From Owenia fusiformis (lineage: Eukaryota): a stretch of DNA of 64,000 nucleotides. The translations under genes and the position numbers were made by a program. The stretch spans positions 26,784,001-26,848,000 of the forward strand of contig CAIIXF020000001.1 of assembly GCA_903813345.2 (NCBI GenBank). Direction: 5' to 3'. Every line of letters begins with the position of its first letter. The stretch's first letter is position 1. Below are positions 1-13,184 of the stretch, piece after piece. The notes under the pieces were generated by a model. It made no database searches, was not told the origin of the DNA, and saw nothing but the letters and a program-made list of their open reading frames with translations.

Positions 1-423
1 TTAATGTTTCAAAGTGCAAAAATGAGTGAAAAATGTTTAAATTCTCCCAAATAATAAGAATGGTAACCATTCTTATAGAAAAATAATACATTATTGTAAA
101 AATCTTTAGTTTTCCTTGAATAAAGTATGCACTTTTGTGATTTTTAGAAAATAGACATGACAAGGAATGACATGAGCCAAAAATATTCTAAAATTGAAAC
201 AATTTTTTGTTAAGCCTGCTCACTATCTCTGATTCTCTCTTTAACTCAGGCTACCTGTAGATGCATCATTCATTTCGTTTAATAATTAATATGTTTCTAA
301 CTTTGTAAATCTTTAATCGAGGCTGGGCAAAAAATGTACCTTTATAATGTTATTTTAATGTTTGTTACTGTATTAGTTAAGTTTATCTTTTGTACTCTTA
401 TACCCTATAAAGGGTGAATTGAG

Positions 424-461
424 AAATAAATAAATAAATAAATAAAAATAAATAAATAAAA
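424..461 (+). repeat. (AAAT)n simple repeat, possibly a retroposon tail
   Basis: aaataaataaataaataaataaaaataaataaataaa read directly. Confidence 0.7.
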
Positions 462-638
462 AATATATTGTAGGTGAATCATTTAGTATCAAAGGCCACA
501 ACAAAGAAGCTTCCACTACAGTACAAACAACAGTCCTGCATAGATGAAACTCTAAGACTGCAGCTGTATTTCTATCCCGGCATGGGCTCTGAAAATGTTT
601 TATAACTGCAGCTGTAAATGAAACCTGGCTTGTTAATA

Positions 639-977
639 CTGTAGATTGGGTTAATTTGACGCCTTGGCAGTTTTGGCGAAATAGAAGAAACAGTCAATTT
701 ATATCTTCTGGCAAAGTTCCGAAAAATTCGAGGGGTCTTTCCTGGGAATTTCGTCCTGTATTCTGTGAATTAAGTCACTTCTGGTTTAGTTTTTTACAAA
801 ATCAGAATCACTTCTAAATTGGATCAGGGCGAACTATTTTCTAGTCAATACTGATGGAAAAGTAAATAAAAAAGCAGCATCCATTGAGGTTCAAAATGTT
901 CGCCAAATTAAATTGCTGTAAACATGCCAAAAATGGCAAAATCTCCCAATTAAGTAGCACCAAAACCCAATCTACAG
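639..977. mobile_element. MITE with TA target duplication (Tc1/mariner-pogo type)
   Basis: Ends CTGTAGATTGGGTT ... AACCCAATCTACAG are inverted repeats, each flanked by TA. Confidence 0.7.
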
Positions 978-3900
978 TAGGTCTAACAACATATATATGG
1001 AGCTATGTGGATTTGTGATCTTATCACTGCAGTATCATTAAGTATTACATTATCCCATGTTTGCGAGGATATAGATCGAGTATCACATTAAAATATATTT
1101 GATATGTGGATCAAGATATCATATTTTAGCAAAAGATTCTCCCAAATAAGTTTTATTGGATGGTTTCAAAAGTGATGTAGTGATGCACAAACATGTATTG
1201 CTTTATATGTTCCCATGGTATACTTTGACCATGATTGAGATTGAGCGGATGTATGAACTTTGCAAATTTCATAAAATATATTTTTGTATACAGTATTATG
1301 AAAATCCATATAGACTAATAGGCTAATATAACTGTTGATATGATCAAATGGTGATTGTACAATTTTTTCGGACTTAAAATTGCTAATTTTAACAGCCTTT
1401 GGGCAGTTGGACAATCTATTACAAAACTTTTCACAGAAACAAGAACAGACTAGTGGCAAGACCTAAATAGATTTTGAGCTTGCTGTGTAAATTAAAAATT
1501 TCATCGTCGCTTTCCACTGGGTCTAGAGAACTAGGAACAATCGAAACCTTGTGAATCAAGATTTTAAATTTCAAATGTAATATTTATAACATGTAACACT
1601 ATTCACTATGTGTCTTGTTTACTAGTTGGCTATTCATGAACATATGGATTTACATATTAAAGCTTTGTACACTGCAGTAGGGAGTTTGATGGTTCTGACT
1701 GCTACTGATTTGTCCAGTGATTTTGCCACTGCATGTTATATTCATGATTTAACTCTTGGTGAGAGTTATGCAATTATAGAATGCAATGAATTTTCTTAAT
1801 TAAGATCTTAATTGAAATCTGAATAAGTGAAAATATTACCTGTTTTTCATTTTTCCTATTTTCACTGAACATAATTTTCAGCAAATTTAAAAACAAGTGA
1901 AATATAATAAACATTATATTATTGTCAAGTTGTAAGTTGAATTAAATCAAAACCAAAATTGAAAAATGCTCACTTACTATGATTTAGCACCAGTGGTATG
2001 GATGTATGATAGTCAATGCTAAACCATATTATTGTATATTTTGTGTTTGCATGTATATACTGTAAATTGTAAATATAATGTGAAACTGCTTTTTTACTTA
2101 TAATACAATTGTCAGCTTGTAATTGATCTGGTATGAACCAAAATGATGTAATCCGCCCAAAGTAAAAAAGTGTTCTTAGATCATATTCTTTGACAAAAAG
2201 TTTGAGATTGAATTAATAACACCATCTCTTGAACACCCTCTACATTTTAACATAAACATAATATACATGTTAATCAACCTTTTAAATCAATCAACTGTGT
2301 GAATGTTTCTCTGAAATACTTCTCTTTCTGTTTCAATATAAGTCATGTATTTCTTTCATTTTGCACAAAATAGTTCATCAGAAATAGGTCACATTAAGAA
2401 TTATGAAAACAATTCATCCCGGGTTACATTGACCTTTAGATATGTATTGAATTACTTTTAGAGATCAAAAATTATGAGCGTTGTCAGACTGTTAAAACTT
2501 CAATTCTAGTTCAGAGAGCTGGAGACATTCATCGTTCACTCAATCGGCTAAAATTAACTTCCCAATGCTCTTCAAGATTTGATTGACAGGTCTATTTTTG
2601 TACCTTCCATATTTGGGAGTGAAATTGATGGCCTGTGTTAGAACACCAAGGTCAATCTGATCTGGTCACGCTATAAGACAAATGAAAAACTTGACTTTTG
2701 ACTAAAATTAATCAATTCCATATATATATTTCTCAGGTTAAACTCATTTATAGAGAAAATGACCTTTCAGATCATTCTTGGCTATCTAATATCAGTTTAT
2801 TTGAGAAGTTTCAATCTTAATTTCCAACTAAAAAAGATTTTGCAGCATTTTATTACCATTGTTTCGTCAAAGAAAGCAACCCTTTTCCATAACAGGGATG
2901 CAGATCAGAGGTTCAAATCCCCCTCTGCCAGTTGAAAACAGTATATTGAATACAGTATAAGAAATCAGTGGAACCATTGGAGAATGTATTGCATTTTGTC
3001 AGAAGTTAGATAAGATAAATCCGGGGTATCGGATTATTTTGAGTGACATCATTGATAGCAAACATCAACACGAGAAGGTGAAGGGAATGAGTGTTGATAT
3101 CTGATATCTATGAGGAAATGAAATGATATCACCAGAAATGATCTGATATTGGGTTTATTCCATGATTACAATCACAAATTCAAATTCTCTTATCATGCAG
3201 TTATGCGGCTGATGTACGATATTAGCCGCATATGTATAAGGCCGGTGAAACTATTTTCTGAAAATATCACACGGATCGCCATAATATCAGGTAAAAAATG
3301 ACCATTGAAACATCTCAGTGGAAGAAAAATCAGCAATGCGATACGAAACCTTCAAAAAAAGTCATTTTGCGTCTGATTTTCATGAAATTTATTTAGCGAA
3401 ATATGATAGCGTCATTAGTTGGATTACCGCAATGGTTGTCTTATATTTAGGCTACAGAACTTTTGTGGTCAACAGTTTTACATATTTGAAATGTTTAAAA
3501 ATACCACTTGACGGATTTGATTTATAATTTGAAACGTCCGTGCTCTGTAGCTGTAGCATTACAAGTCCACACATTAATAAAATTGTTCCCTGGAATAAAG
3601 TATGTACACTTCGCCGATCCTCCGAGCGCAGGGCTTCAAACATCATCCAATAGGAACAGAATGGATGTCTTGAGTCCTGCGTTCAGATCATTCAGGGACT
3701 CATTTTTGAATAATTATTTGCAAAGGTAGCTCGTTAGATTCATCCACATTTGATAAGTCATCTCATGTTTTTATGATTAATAACTCCATGAAGTTTTTCT
3801 TGTAAAAATTGATCCAAAAATAATTGAAGTATTTTTTCTTTGCTTAATAAGAAACATTCGGGGAAGTGGGTCCCGAGGCCCAAAACAAGGACTTGAACTT

Positions 3901-5230
3901 GGTATCACATTTTTGTAAATTCGTGGAAATCGTTATCCATCAGATCTTGTCCTTCGTAAGAAATTAAGGAGAAATGGCGATGATTATGAGAATGTTAATG
4001 ACGTATATGAAATGATTCAGTGCTTTAAAAACAATTAGGTGGGTAATGTGGATATGGTTAACTCTGCTTTAACTCAATAAAGATGCTGCTGCTGATTTCT
4101 GCTTTCCTCAGGCAGAATGATTGTTTAGTGGAATAGGTTCGTATTCTAGGTTTTTGTTTATGTATAGAATTTCCAGCAACCAGATGTGGAGCCTGCGGGA
4201 AACGTACACTCCTCGCCAACAAGATAAACAGTTATCTGTTTTACACATTTTCAAGGAAAATTAAGCATAATCTAAAACCGGGATATAGTTTTCACACGAT
4301 AAGATAAAGATGTTCTTTAGATACTATATAGTATTTATTTAATATTTAGAAGCGCTTTTGTTTTTCTGGATTACATGGAAAGTGGTCACATGTTGTTGTG
4401 TTGAATGTGAATGTTGGTGTACAATGGTATATCCAAACAACATTTTCTGATATCTGAGAAATTTTATAAGATGATACGTCATTCAAATTCATTTCACTGC
4501 TCTATTAGTCAGGTAATGTATGGTAAAGTGCATTATCATAAATTGTTGCACTGTCAATTGAATATTTCGGCTCCTGCGGTTAATTACCGACGTAATTGAA
4601 TTCGGTGCATTCCTCATCATGTTCTCAATTACTTACTGTTGCACGGTATGATTTTCAACTAAACAATCCCATTGCAATTAAGATTCTATTATATTGTATA
4701 TAAACGTATATGCAAACACACCAGCGTGTAAAAGGTACCCGAACGTTATTTTTTCAATATGAGTAGTTAGTGAATTTGCTCGTGGTTTTTATATTCCAAT
4801 AGCGAATCAGACAAAATATTCTATCTTGAGGAAAATGCATTTTGAGGTCTTGGCTCGGTTTTGTCAGATATCTTCCAAAGGTCATAATTATTTACACCCA
4901 GGGGTTATCTAGACTGTGTATATTTATGTAATCATTGTGAATAACAAATCTACTGACTGCAAAACAGTTACTAACTTATGCACAGACCTCTGATAGCTTA
5001 GTATATTAGTCTCATATGCATCTGAACAGAGCTGGACAGATTTTTCCAGTTTTTAGAGACTCCCAGGTTAAACTCATATTTTTGACAGCTGTGAAAATCT
5101 ATTCCCTAAACAAAGCGCGTCTAAGATATTCCGAGAAACCACATTCTTAAAAAAGGTTCAACCAGAACAAACAGAAACCCTGGTAGGCAAGTCAACAGTA
5201 ACACAACATTATACGTTACAAACTAAGAAA

Positions 5231-7513
5231 ATGAAGAGAGAATATAAAACAATTGCATTTTGGAGGAGTATTATCAGTGAATGTTTGGGCACATGTTTTT
5301 ATGTGTTTTTAGGTTGCATAGCAACGTATAAATACCATAGTAACGAAGATACAAAGGAGGTTGTCAAGGTGACAAAAGACATTGATCATACAGAATTGAT
5401 AATAATTGCAGTAAAATTTGGCGTTGCTGTAACAACATTATATAAATGTTTCCATCATGTATCCGGTTGTCATATCAACCCAGCGGTTACTATAGCAATG
5501 ATGGCGACACGAAAGGTGACAGTTTTGAGAGGAATATGTTACATATTTGCTCAATGTGCAGGGGGAATCGCAGGAGCTGGCATAGTATATGGGTAAGTGC
5601 GCTTGTATTGCCGTAAGGGGTTGTCACAAATCTTTCGAACTAAACTCTTCATATACTTCATTTCGCTAACTGCAGCAGCAGACGATCCATCCACGTTTTG
5701 AATGTACGATCAGTTAAAAACGTACAGCGAAGAAATGATTTTGGCACCCTTTAAAAGAGTAACTTTATTTTACCACCCACTTACAACGCAAGCGACTGCG
5801 ATTTTATGGGAAATATTCAATCACCCGAGAATCTATGAAATGGTGCGGTTATACTAGTAGTCCCACGAGTAAATGGTGGTTATGTATCAGTGAAAATGAG
5901 AGTTGGCCAGCAAAACAGTTTCTGGAAGATAGATTTAATTTTACGTATTATCAAATCAAAATCATTCATGTACACACTCTTCGTATTATCAACGATGCCA
6001 CTAACTGCTAGCATAAAAAGAGAACCATTTTAACAGTTTATAAATCTAATTGCATTTCAGTGTCACCCCGGACCCGCAAAAAGAAAACGTTGGCATGCCA
6101 GCAATCTACCATAAACTAGCCATAGAACAAACGTGTGCCATCGAGGCTGTGGCAGCCTTTGTTGTCGTTTTTACCATTTTCGCAAGTCAACGATGCAAAA
6201 GCACTCTGCCGTTCAGTGTTGGAGGTGCTGTGTTCCTTGTTCACCTCATTGCAGTATGTTAACATAGTGTCACTATTTCAAATTTTTTCTTTGCATTGTG
6301 TGTTGCATTAAGAAAAAGTCGTTTAAGATTTATTGGAGGGTTAGGGAATATTTGATATTAGGGTTAAAGAATAAGCAAAAAGAAATATATTGGATCTGGG
6401 ATATCAAAATATGGAAAATAATGATAACTTGAAGGGTTACACATAGAAATATTAACATCTGAAGCCAAGTCGAAGTACTAATTAAAATTCATTAAATTTC
6501 TTTCAAGGTGCCACTGACAGGATGTGGATTGAATCCAGCCCGAGTCCTAGGGCCAGCATTTGTGCATCATGTCTGGGAAAACCAATGGGTAAGGAACAAA
6601 GTTGAATTTTTTAATTCTTCTACATTGCCGGAAACCATGCCAATTTTATTTGTTATTTCAGTGATATTACATTACCCTGAATAAGAACTCATCGATTTTA
6701 ACACTGACGACAGGTCTAAAGGTAGTTTAGATGAAACACATAGACTAAAGTGACATTACACTTTTAAAAGTAGACCCTTCAAACTGATGTTACATGGGAA
6801 TAGGATCTCAGAGTGTAAAATGCTGTAAGCAGACTTCAAAAACATGTTCTTACTTTATTTTCCAAAAAATGTCGTAAAATTATTCATGACTCGCCTCTTT
6901 CCTTTCCACTTCCTTTGACACACAAAGGCCGCTAAAACAGTCCATTGACTACAATTGTGAGTTCACTCTCATATTTGTCATATAATCTATAATTTTGAAA
7001 AATATGTACTAATTGTTTTCAGATTTATTGGGTATCGCCAATAGGTGGGGCTTTAGTAGCTGGGCTTATGCACGAGTTCATATTTGAACCATATGAACCG
7101 AAGAAGGAGTTATACCAACCTGTGTCAGTAGCTGAATCCAGGAGAATCTCAGGTAAATACAGGACCTGTTTGACTTAATATAATAATTAAGCTAAGTTCA
7201 CACCAACGGCGCTTTGATGGCGCTTTAATGAGCCGTGCAAAGCAGCTTTGCACGTCGCATTAAAGCGCCATCAAAGCGCCTTTGGTGTGAACTTAGCTTT
7301 AAGGACGCAGTCAAATCATGGTAATCAGTAAAATGTCGGGAACAAAACTGCAAAAAAAGATAGTTTAAAGGTAACCCAAGTGGAATCATGTTTGAATGTA
7401 AAACCAGGAAACATCGATCTCAATTTTCAAGTTCAGTTTTTTATATCTAACGTTGTTTTGCACTTTTAGAAAAACAATGCATTGAAAATATGATTTGGGA
7501 AGATGTCACTTGA
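5231..7513 (+). CDS. Aquaporin (MIP family, big brain/AQP4-like), 5 coding exons
   Basis: GT-AG exons 5231-5592, 6061-6253, 6508-6588, 7023-7152 and 7470-7513 splice in frame. Two NPA boxes ([24 protein letters not shown]), the typical 81-nt third exon and W-I-Y-W after loop E. N-terminus [10 protein letters not shown] and [10 protein letters not shown] recall Drosophila big brain. The last exon is less certain (see 16014-16459). Confidence 0.93.
7190..7298. mobile_element. Short hairpin MITE, PIF/Harbinger (Tourist-like), in aquaporin intron 4
   Basis: Near-perfect palindrome AGCTAAGTTCACACCA...TGGTGTGAACTTAGCT flanked by a TTA direct repeat on both sides. Confidence 0.8.
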
Positions 7514-7717
7514 ACAATATTTCAATAATATAATAAATATTTTGAACTATGTGTTTTATAATTAAGTGTAGATATCCTCATACATTTTGAAAAATAGTAC
7601 CCATTTTGAATAATTGTCATGGAAATTACATGAAAAATACCAATCATTCGGATTTACCTCTAAAACACACCTGTCACCACACTAACTTCCTGTAACTAAC
7701 TTACCTTGTATTCGCGA

Positions 7718-7871
7718 ATGCAACTAGCGCCTGTCGGCTACCGGATTAACTTATTATTTTATTGGCAACTTATTTAAATATGTATAGTACCTGCCACTAT
7801 TCCATTCATATTTAAATGAGTTGCCGATAAATTAGGAGGTTAATCCGGTAACCGACAGGCGTTAGTTGCAT
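7718..7871. repeat. About 155-bp imperfect inverted repeat (hairpin/MITE-like)
   Basis: ATGCAACTAGCGCCTGTCGGCTACCGGATTAAC pairs with GTTAATCCGGTAACCGACAGGCGTTAGTTGCAT, and the inner arms also pair. Confidence 0.75.
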
Positions 7872-8620
7872 CGTTTTTAAAAAATATTTACATATTGTTC
7901 CTCCTCAAGTTGTCTGTGTGTAATGACTGAAAATTGTTTAATGTCCCCTCCTGATTCAACTGAAGTTCATGTTAACCCAAGTGGTCACTTTATCAATCAC
8001 AAAAGTGCTTTGTATGCGTTATTTTATTTTTACTTTTGAGTATTATATAAGAACCTAAATAGAAATACAATAAATAAAGGTTTTATTTTTTATACAGTAA
8101 GTTAAACATACAATTTACTCTAACTGCCTTATGTGGTTAAACTGCGCTTCCAAGAAGCACGTGTTTCCAATATTACGGTTTATTGATACCTCACAGACTT
8201 CACAGCTGTTCTTCTCAATTAGTCTCATTTTTGAAGATGAGTTTGTAGTTCTTGTTTCCATAACTTATTTGTTCCACCTGTCTCGCCATTGCGCATCAAC
8301 ACATTATTGGCAGACGTTTGTGGGTTGGTTGATTCCTAAAATAAACCTAACACGTAAAATGTTTATTTATTTTGGTTTAACCAAAAAACGAAAATATACT
8401 TACTACCGCCGCTTTCAACATCACAACTATTTACAATAATTGAACCTGGCGCCATTATTTCAAAACGATGAAAGTGCATGTATATGAAACTATGACTGAT
8501 TAAATCAGAGGTTGTTGGCGGAAACTGGGAATCAAAATGAATAGAGAGAGAGAGATGACAAAAGCATCCATTTTTATGTTCATATTTTATATCAGAAAAC
8601 AGCGTTCGTACTGTTTTGTT

Positions 8621-8735
8621 GGGGTCCGTGCATTATACCGAAACCCATTATACCGACGCGCATTATACCGAAACCCATTATACCGACGCGCATTGTATCG
8701 ACGCGCATACCGAAAGGCGTTTTACCGAATGCCAT
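8621..8735 (+). repeat. 15-bp tandem array, left arm of a putative foldback element
   Basis: GGGG followed by CATTATACCGAAACC / CATTATACCGACGCG units. Confidence 0.8.
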
Positions 8736-10620
8736 AATCACTGTTCCACAACAAGTTACTTTGACGGAACGTCAATATAACAAAACGGATGAACTTCCTG
8801 GTTACGATTTTTTTGCTCTCTTGATTTAAACCTACTGATAAGTCAAGTAACAGATTATAATTTGGCCCAAAGCTAGAAAATATAGCCTAGTTTTGATAAG
8901 TTTCTTCGATTTGGAATTTGTTTTGTAAATTAAGCTGTAATTCATATACTAAGCCCATCGCTTTTGTTACATTGACGAAAGCCAGTTATATTACCAATGT
9001 ATGTTACTTTGTCAAAGGGGATTTGCCCGACCATTTTTTAGAAAACTTGAAAATCTCTAGAATTTGAATAAAGGTAAATAACAGTGCAAAAACGAAGTTG
9101 TTTTGATAGAAAATTACACACAGAATTCAAATAGAAGAAAATGTTAGTCTTTAGTGGTTAAAATGCAGATCTCCTAAAATCTCATTAAAACGAGACCTTA
9201 ACGAGATTTCAAAGCTATATGGAAAAGCCACTATTACATAGATGCCTTCACTAGGCTCATTGCCCAGAATTTTTCCAAAAATACAATGCGCATGCGCAAA
9301 ACCTTGACTTCCGGTTTTTAAAAGTCAATGGGATTTCCTCAGTTGAAAACTTTTGAACGTTAACAGAACGCGGGACTTTGAAATGGCACCTTAGTCATCT
9401 CAGGTTCCTGTAACTAGGTACTAATGCCTATCAATCTAACCCACTTTGAACAATCTAGGTGTCACAAATTTTCGGCGAAATAACTTTGAAATAAATTAAC
9501 AAAAATCACCTATTACGCCATTGAAGTCAATGCAAAATGACGTCAAAATGATGAAAGGAGTAAACTTCAACGGTGTGGTAGGAGTATTAAAATACACGTG
9601 GAGCCTTAGTCATCTCAGGTTTCTGTAACTTTGAAGGTTGATCTGTTTGATTCCGTTGAGATTTGAATCCTCATACCTTTAACTTTTCGGCCAATTTCAA
9701 ACAAAATATGTTAACTTTTGGTGATATAACTGGTTCATTACATTGGAATGACGTCAAAATAAAACAAGACAATCTCAGTTTCTATGGCACTGACGTCATG
9801 ACGTCAGATTTATCTTAAGATCTCAAATATGACGTCATGTTTAATCAATGAATGACATCTATCGGCTATTCGACCAATTCTGTGCAATTCTCTGTACTTG
9901 TGTCCGTGCCTCATTTTGAGGTGTAAATTCTTTTCGGAAACATGATTATGTTTTCCCTGTAATATGAATTGGAGATATCTGACGAAATATGGATAGCCTT
10001 AAATATAAATTTTGTGTTTTTGAACATGCGGAAATATCTTGAACACTTTGAAACTGAAGTCCAGTTCCTTCATAGGTCGTTCTGTCAGTTTTCTTGTTTT
10101 TGTTCTACACAACACTTGTGTTAATAGCCACGCGTAATTATTAATAAGCGTAATCAGATTATTTCAAGCGTCGAAATAGCTTATTTTCCTCGACGTATCT
10201 ACACAAACCTATTCACTTACCGTTATAGTGAGCGATCTAGATGCGTCAATTATAATTGTTTTCACTCATCGGCTTTAGTGGCCCGCGATACCTTTTATTT
10301 CATTCATTTGAGACGCAATTGATATATTGGCAACAAATCAAATGTTCTAAATGATTCTTCTTCATTTTGGAATGTTTCTCCTACCCGATATTCAAAGATG
10401 TATCTTAAATATTATACTTTACATTGATCACGATTCTTGTACTTTCTGTCTTTACGACTCCCGTTCACATTTGCAAGAGTTACTGATTGCATTGCCTTGA
10501 TCGTTGGTCGAACTTCGATTCCAACTAAATAAGATTAATCAATTAAGAAATGTAGTATCATGTTTATCCAAGCAAATAATTGTAACAACTACATTATTTT
10601 TTAGCAGTTTTGACACCTAA

Positions 10621-11030
10621 GCAGGGTAGCCTAGTGGCGTAGACTGAGGCTACTTTGCGGTTGAACGTCGTGGGATACGGAGGTCCCGCGTTCGAGCCCC
10701 AGGTACGGAGTTGTTGATCATTGTCACTACGGACACCCGGTCCGAAGGTCCAACCGTTTACCGGCCCTTGGCATGGGTTGGTTCTCTGGCCGCTCTTGCC
10801 GGAGACAGATTGTGAGACTGTTGTTGGTTCCTCCACTAACGTGCTTTAGTAAACTCCGGGAGTCATATAGTATGGTAGCGGGCCCCCACCAAGGGCAGTA
10901 GTGGAACGACGCGAATCGGTCCCAGTATGGTTGCCTTGCAACTGAAGAGACTCGAGGAAATCATGCCATTCGCAGTGACCCAGAAAAGACTTTTGCTTCT
11001 TAATTTGACGTTTTAATTCATTTATTTACA
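10621..11030 (+). mobile_element. tRNA-derived SINE
   Basis: GC-rich island with A-box-like TAGCCTAGTGG and B-box GTTCGAGCCC in a tRNA-like head, a non-tRNA body, and an (ATTT)-like tail. Confidence 0.65.
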
Positions 11031-11098
11031 TACTTTATTCATATTACTTTCCAGGCAGTTATGATTTTTATTGATCAAATGAATGAACGAGACATATA

Positions 11099-11927
11099 CA
11101 CAGGCTGGTATCGAAAGATTTGTCCGCTGTGACGGAGCATGCTATTTTTCATAAAAACACTAATCTGCTTCACGATTTATTTTTTAACTCATATGTTTCG
11201 TTATATCAAAGATAATTACTTACTCCATGCAATGGATATATCATTTGCGTGTAACCTTCACTTCTGTTTGAAGTCCAATAACGCTAGGAGTAAAATCTAT
11301 TGAAAACTGCGCCAGAGCATCAAACTCTAAAATGTACCATTTCTTTTTTAACTTTTTAATGGCATGATATAGTGACACGATAATATTAACATATGTTTTC
11401 AACATAAATCTGAATGTATTAATGAGATATTAATGCATCGGGTCTTTTTAATTTTTTTATAAAAAAATAATATTAATATTTTTTGTCCGCTGTGACGGAG
11501 CATTTTCACAGTTCACATTTGCAACTGCTCCGTCACAGCGGACAAAAATTAAGCATTATTTTTTATAAAATAATTTAAAAGACCAAATACATCAACATCT
11601 CATTTATACCTTCATAGTTATGCTGAAACCATGTGTAAATATTATCGTGTCACTATATCGTGCCATTAGAAAGTTAAACAAGAAATGGTACATTTTGAAG
11701 TATGATACTCCGGCGCCATTTTCAATAACTTTTCTTCCCAGCGTAATTGGACTTCAAACAGAAGTGAAAGTTACCCGCAAATGATATATCCATTGCATGG
11801 AGTAAGTAATTTTGTATGGTATAACGAAACATACGAGTTAAAAAATAAATCGTGAAGTATTCTTAGTGTTTTTATGAAAAATAGTATGCTCCGTCACAGC
11901 GGACAAATATTTCGATACCAGCCTGTG
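11099..11927. mobile_element. Palindromic non-autonomous DNA transposon, Transib/RAG-type ends (copy 1)
   Basis: Ends CACAGGCTGGTATCGAAA ... TTTCGATACCAGCCTGTG with 5-bp TSD ATATA. The whole element is an imperfect palindrome, and a second copy lies at 45528-46358. Confidence 0.85.
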
Positions 11928-12385
11928 ATATAGATACTATTAAATACATCTAGATAGTAACAAAACCTTAATTCGATTTGTCGGACATATATAAAATAAC
12001 ACTTGAAAACACAACACACATAGCTGCAATATCCGTAGCATTTGGCACAGTCGGTTCCCACGCTCTATCATTTTGTGTGGTCATCATAAGATAAGGAGGT
12101 ACGGTTGATTGGACCATGGGCTTTCAACAGAGTCAAGAAATTGGCATGGATACTTTGAGAAATGAGGTCGCAACAAAAGCCAAACACGGGAAATAATCCA
12201 GAAATGTCCACACCATTGTTTTGGCAAGGCCCCGGAGGAAAAACAGCATTCGTGGGTAGCTTAATTTTTGTACCAATTAGAGCAATGACTTAAACTCAAC
12301 CAAGAACGGTGGAGCAAAGTCACTATGGGTCCCAATTGAGAATCAATTCAAATCAAAATCAAATTGAGAATCAGATGACCTGCTA

Positions 12386-13184
12386 ACCCTACTATCACAC
12401 CAAACTAGTTCTCACTACGTTCTCAAAAACGGGCTTCAACTGTGTACGAACGGACTGGACCTACTAAGAACCGTTTGGGATCTATTAACAAACTTCATCG
12501 AACGTACTCGAACGGGTAGGTCCTCTAGAACTTAGACAATGCTCAAAATGTTCTCGTGGTCGTCACGTTCTACAATTAGAACGAGTGACAACGTACTAAC
12601 GACGAGCTGGACGTACTACGAACGGAACCGTCGTACTTCAATCCTACTAGGGACGTTTTAACAACGAGTTGAATTGTCTGAGGACGTGTTGAGAACGAGG
12701 TAGAACTAATTGCAAACGGGTTTAAACTGATTGAGAACGTATTTAACACTGCTTATGAACGAGTTAGCAAAAATATAGCTATCACACCAAACAAGTTGCC
12801 ACTGCGTTCTTCAAAACTGTGTGCGAACGGAATGAACGTAGCTGCAACTTTCTAAGGTCTATTTACGAACTTTATGATCGTTCTCAGACGGGAATGTGAT
12901 TTTAGAATTTTGAATCGATTCAAAATTCGATGGCGACCATAACGTTCTGTAATCAGGTCATGTTGACCTTCTAGACTAAGGGACGCGTTCTACTACGTTG
13001 CACACCGACGTGGTGCGACTTGAACGAACTGCGAACGAGAAGGACGTATTGAAGACTGTTTAAGAACGAAGAAGCTAATTATTTCAGACATATTTCCCGA
13101 CCACAGCCAGATTGAGCCCGTTTTACGACGTTTTCGTAGGACTGGCAAGAACGGGTAAGAACGAGTTTGGTGTGATAGGGGGGT
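12386..13184. mobile_element. Non-autonomous TIR element with an internal duplication
   Basis: TIR ACCCTACTATCACACCAAACT ... AGTTTGGTGTGATAGGGGGGT flanked by TA; a diverged repeat of the left end starts near 12778. Confidence 0.7.

Noticed and set aside
6703-6760. Hammerhead-ribozyme-like CTGACGA...GAAA in aquaporin intron 3
   Set aside because: Stem II does not abut the core, and no stem III with an NUH cleavage triplet can be formed.
10640-10930. HDV-like ribozyme or functional tRNA within the GC-rich island
   Set aside because: No consistent P2/L3 for an HDV fold and no acceptor stem or cloverleaf; a SINE explains it better.
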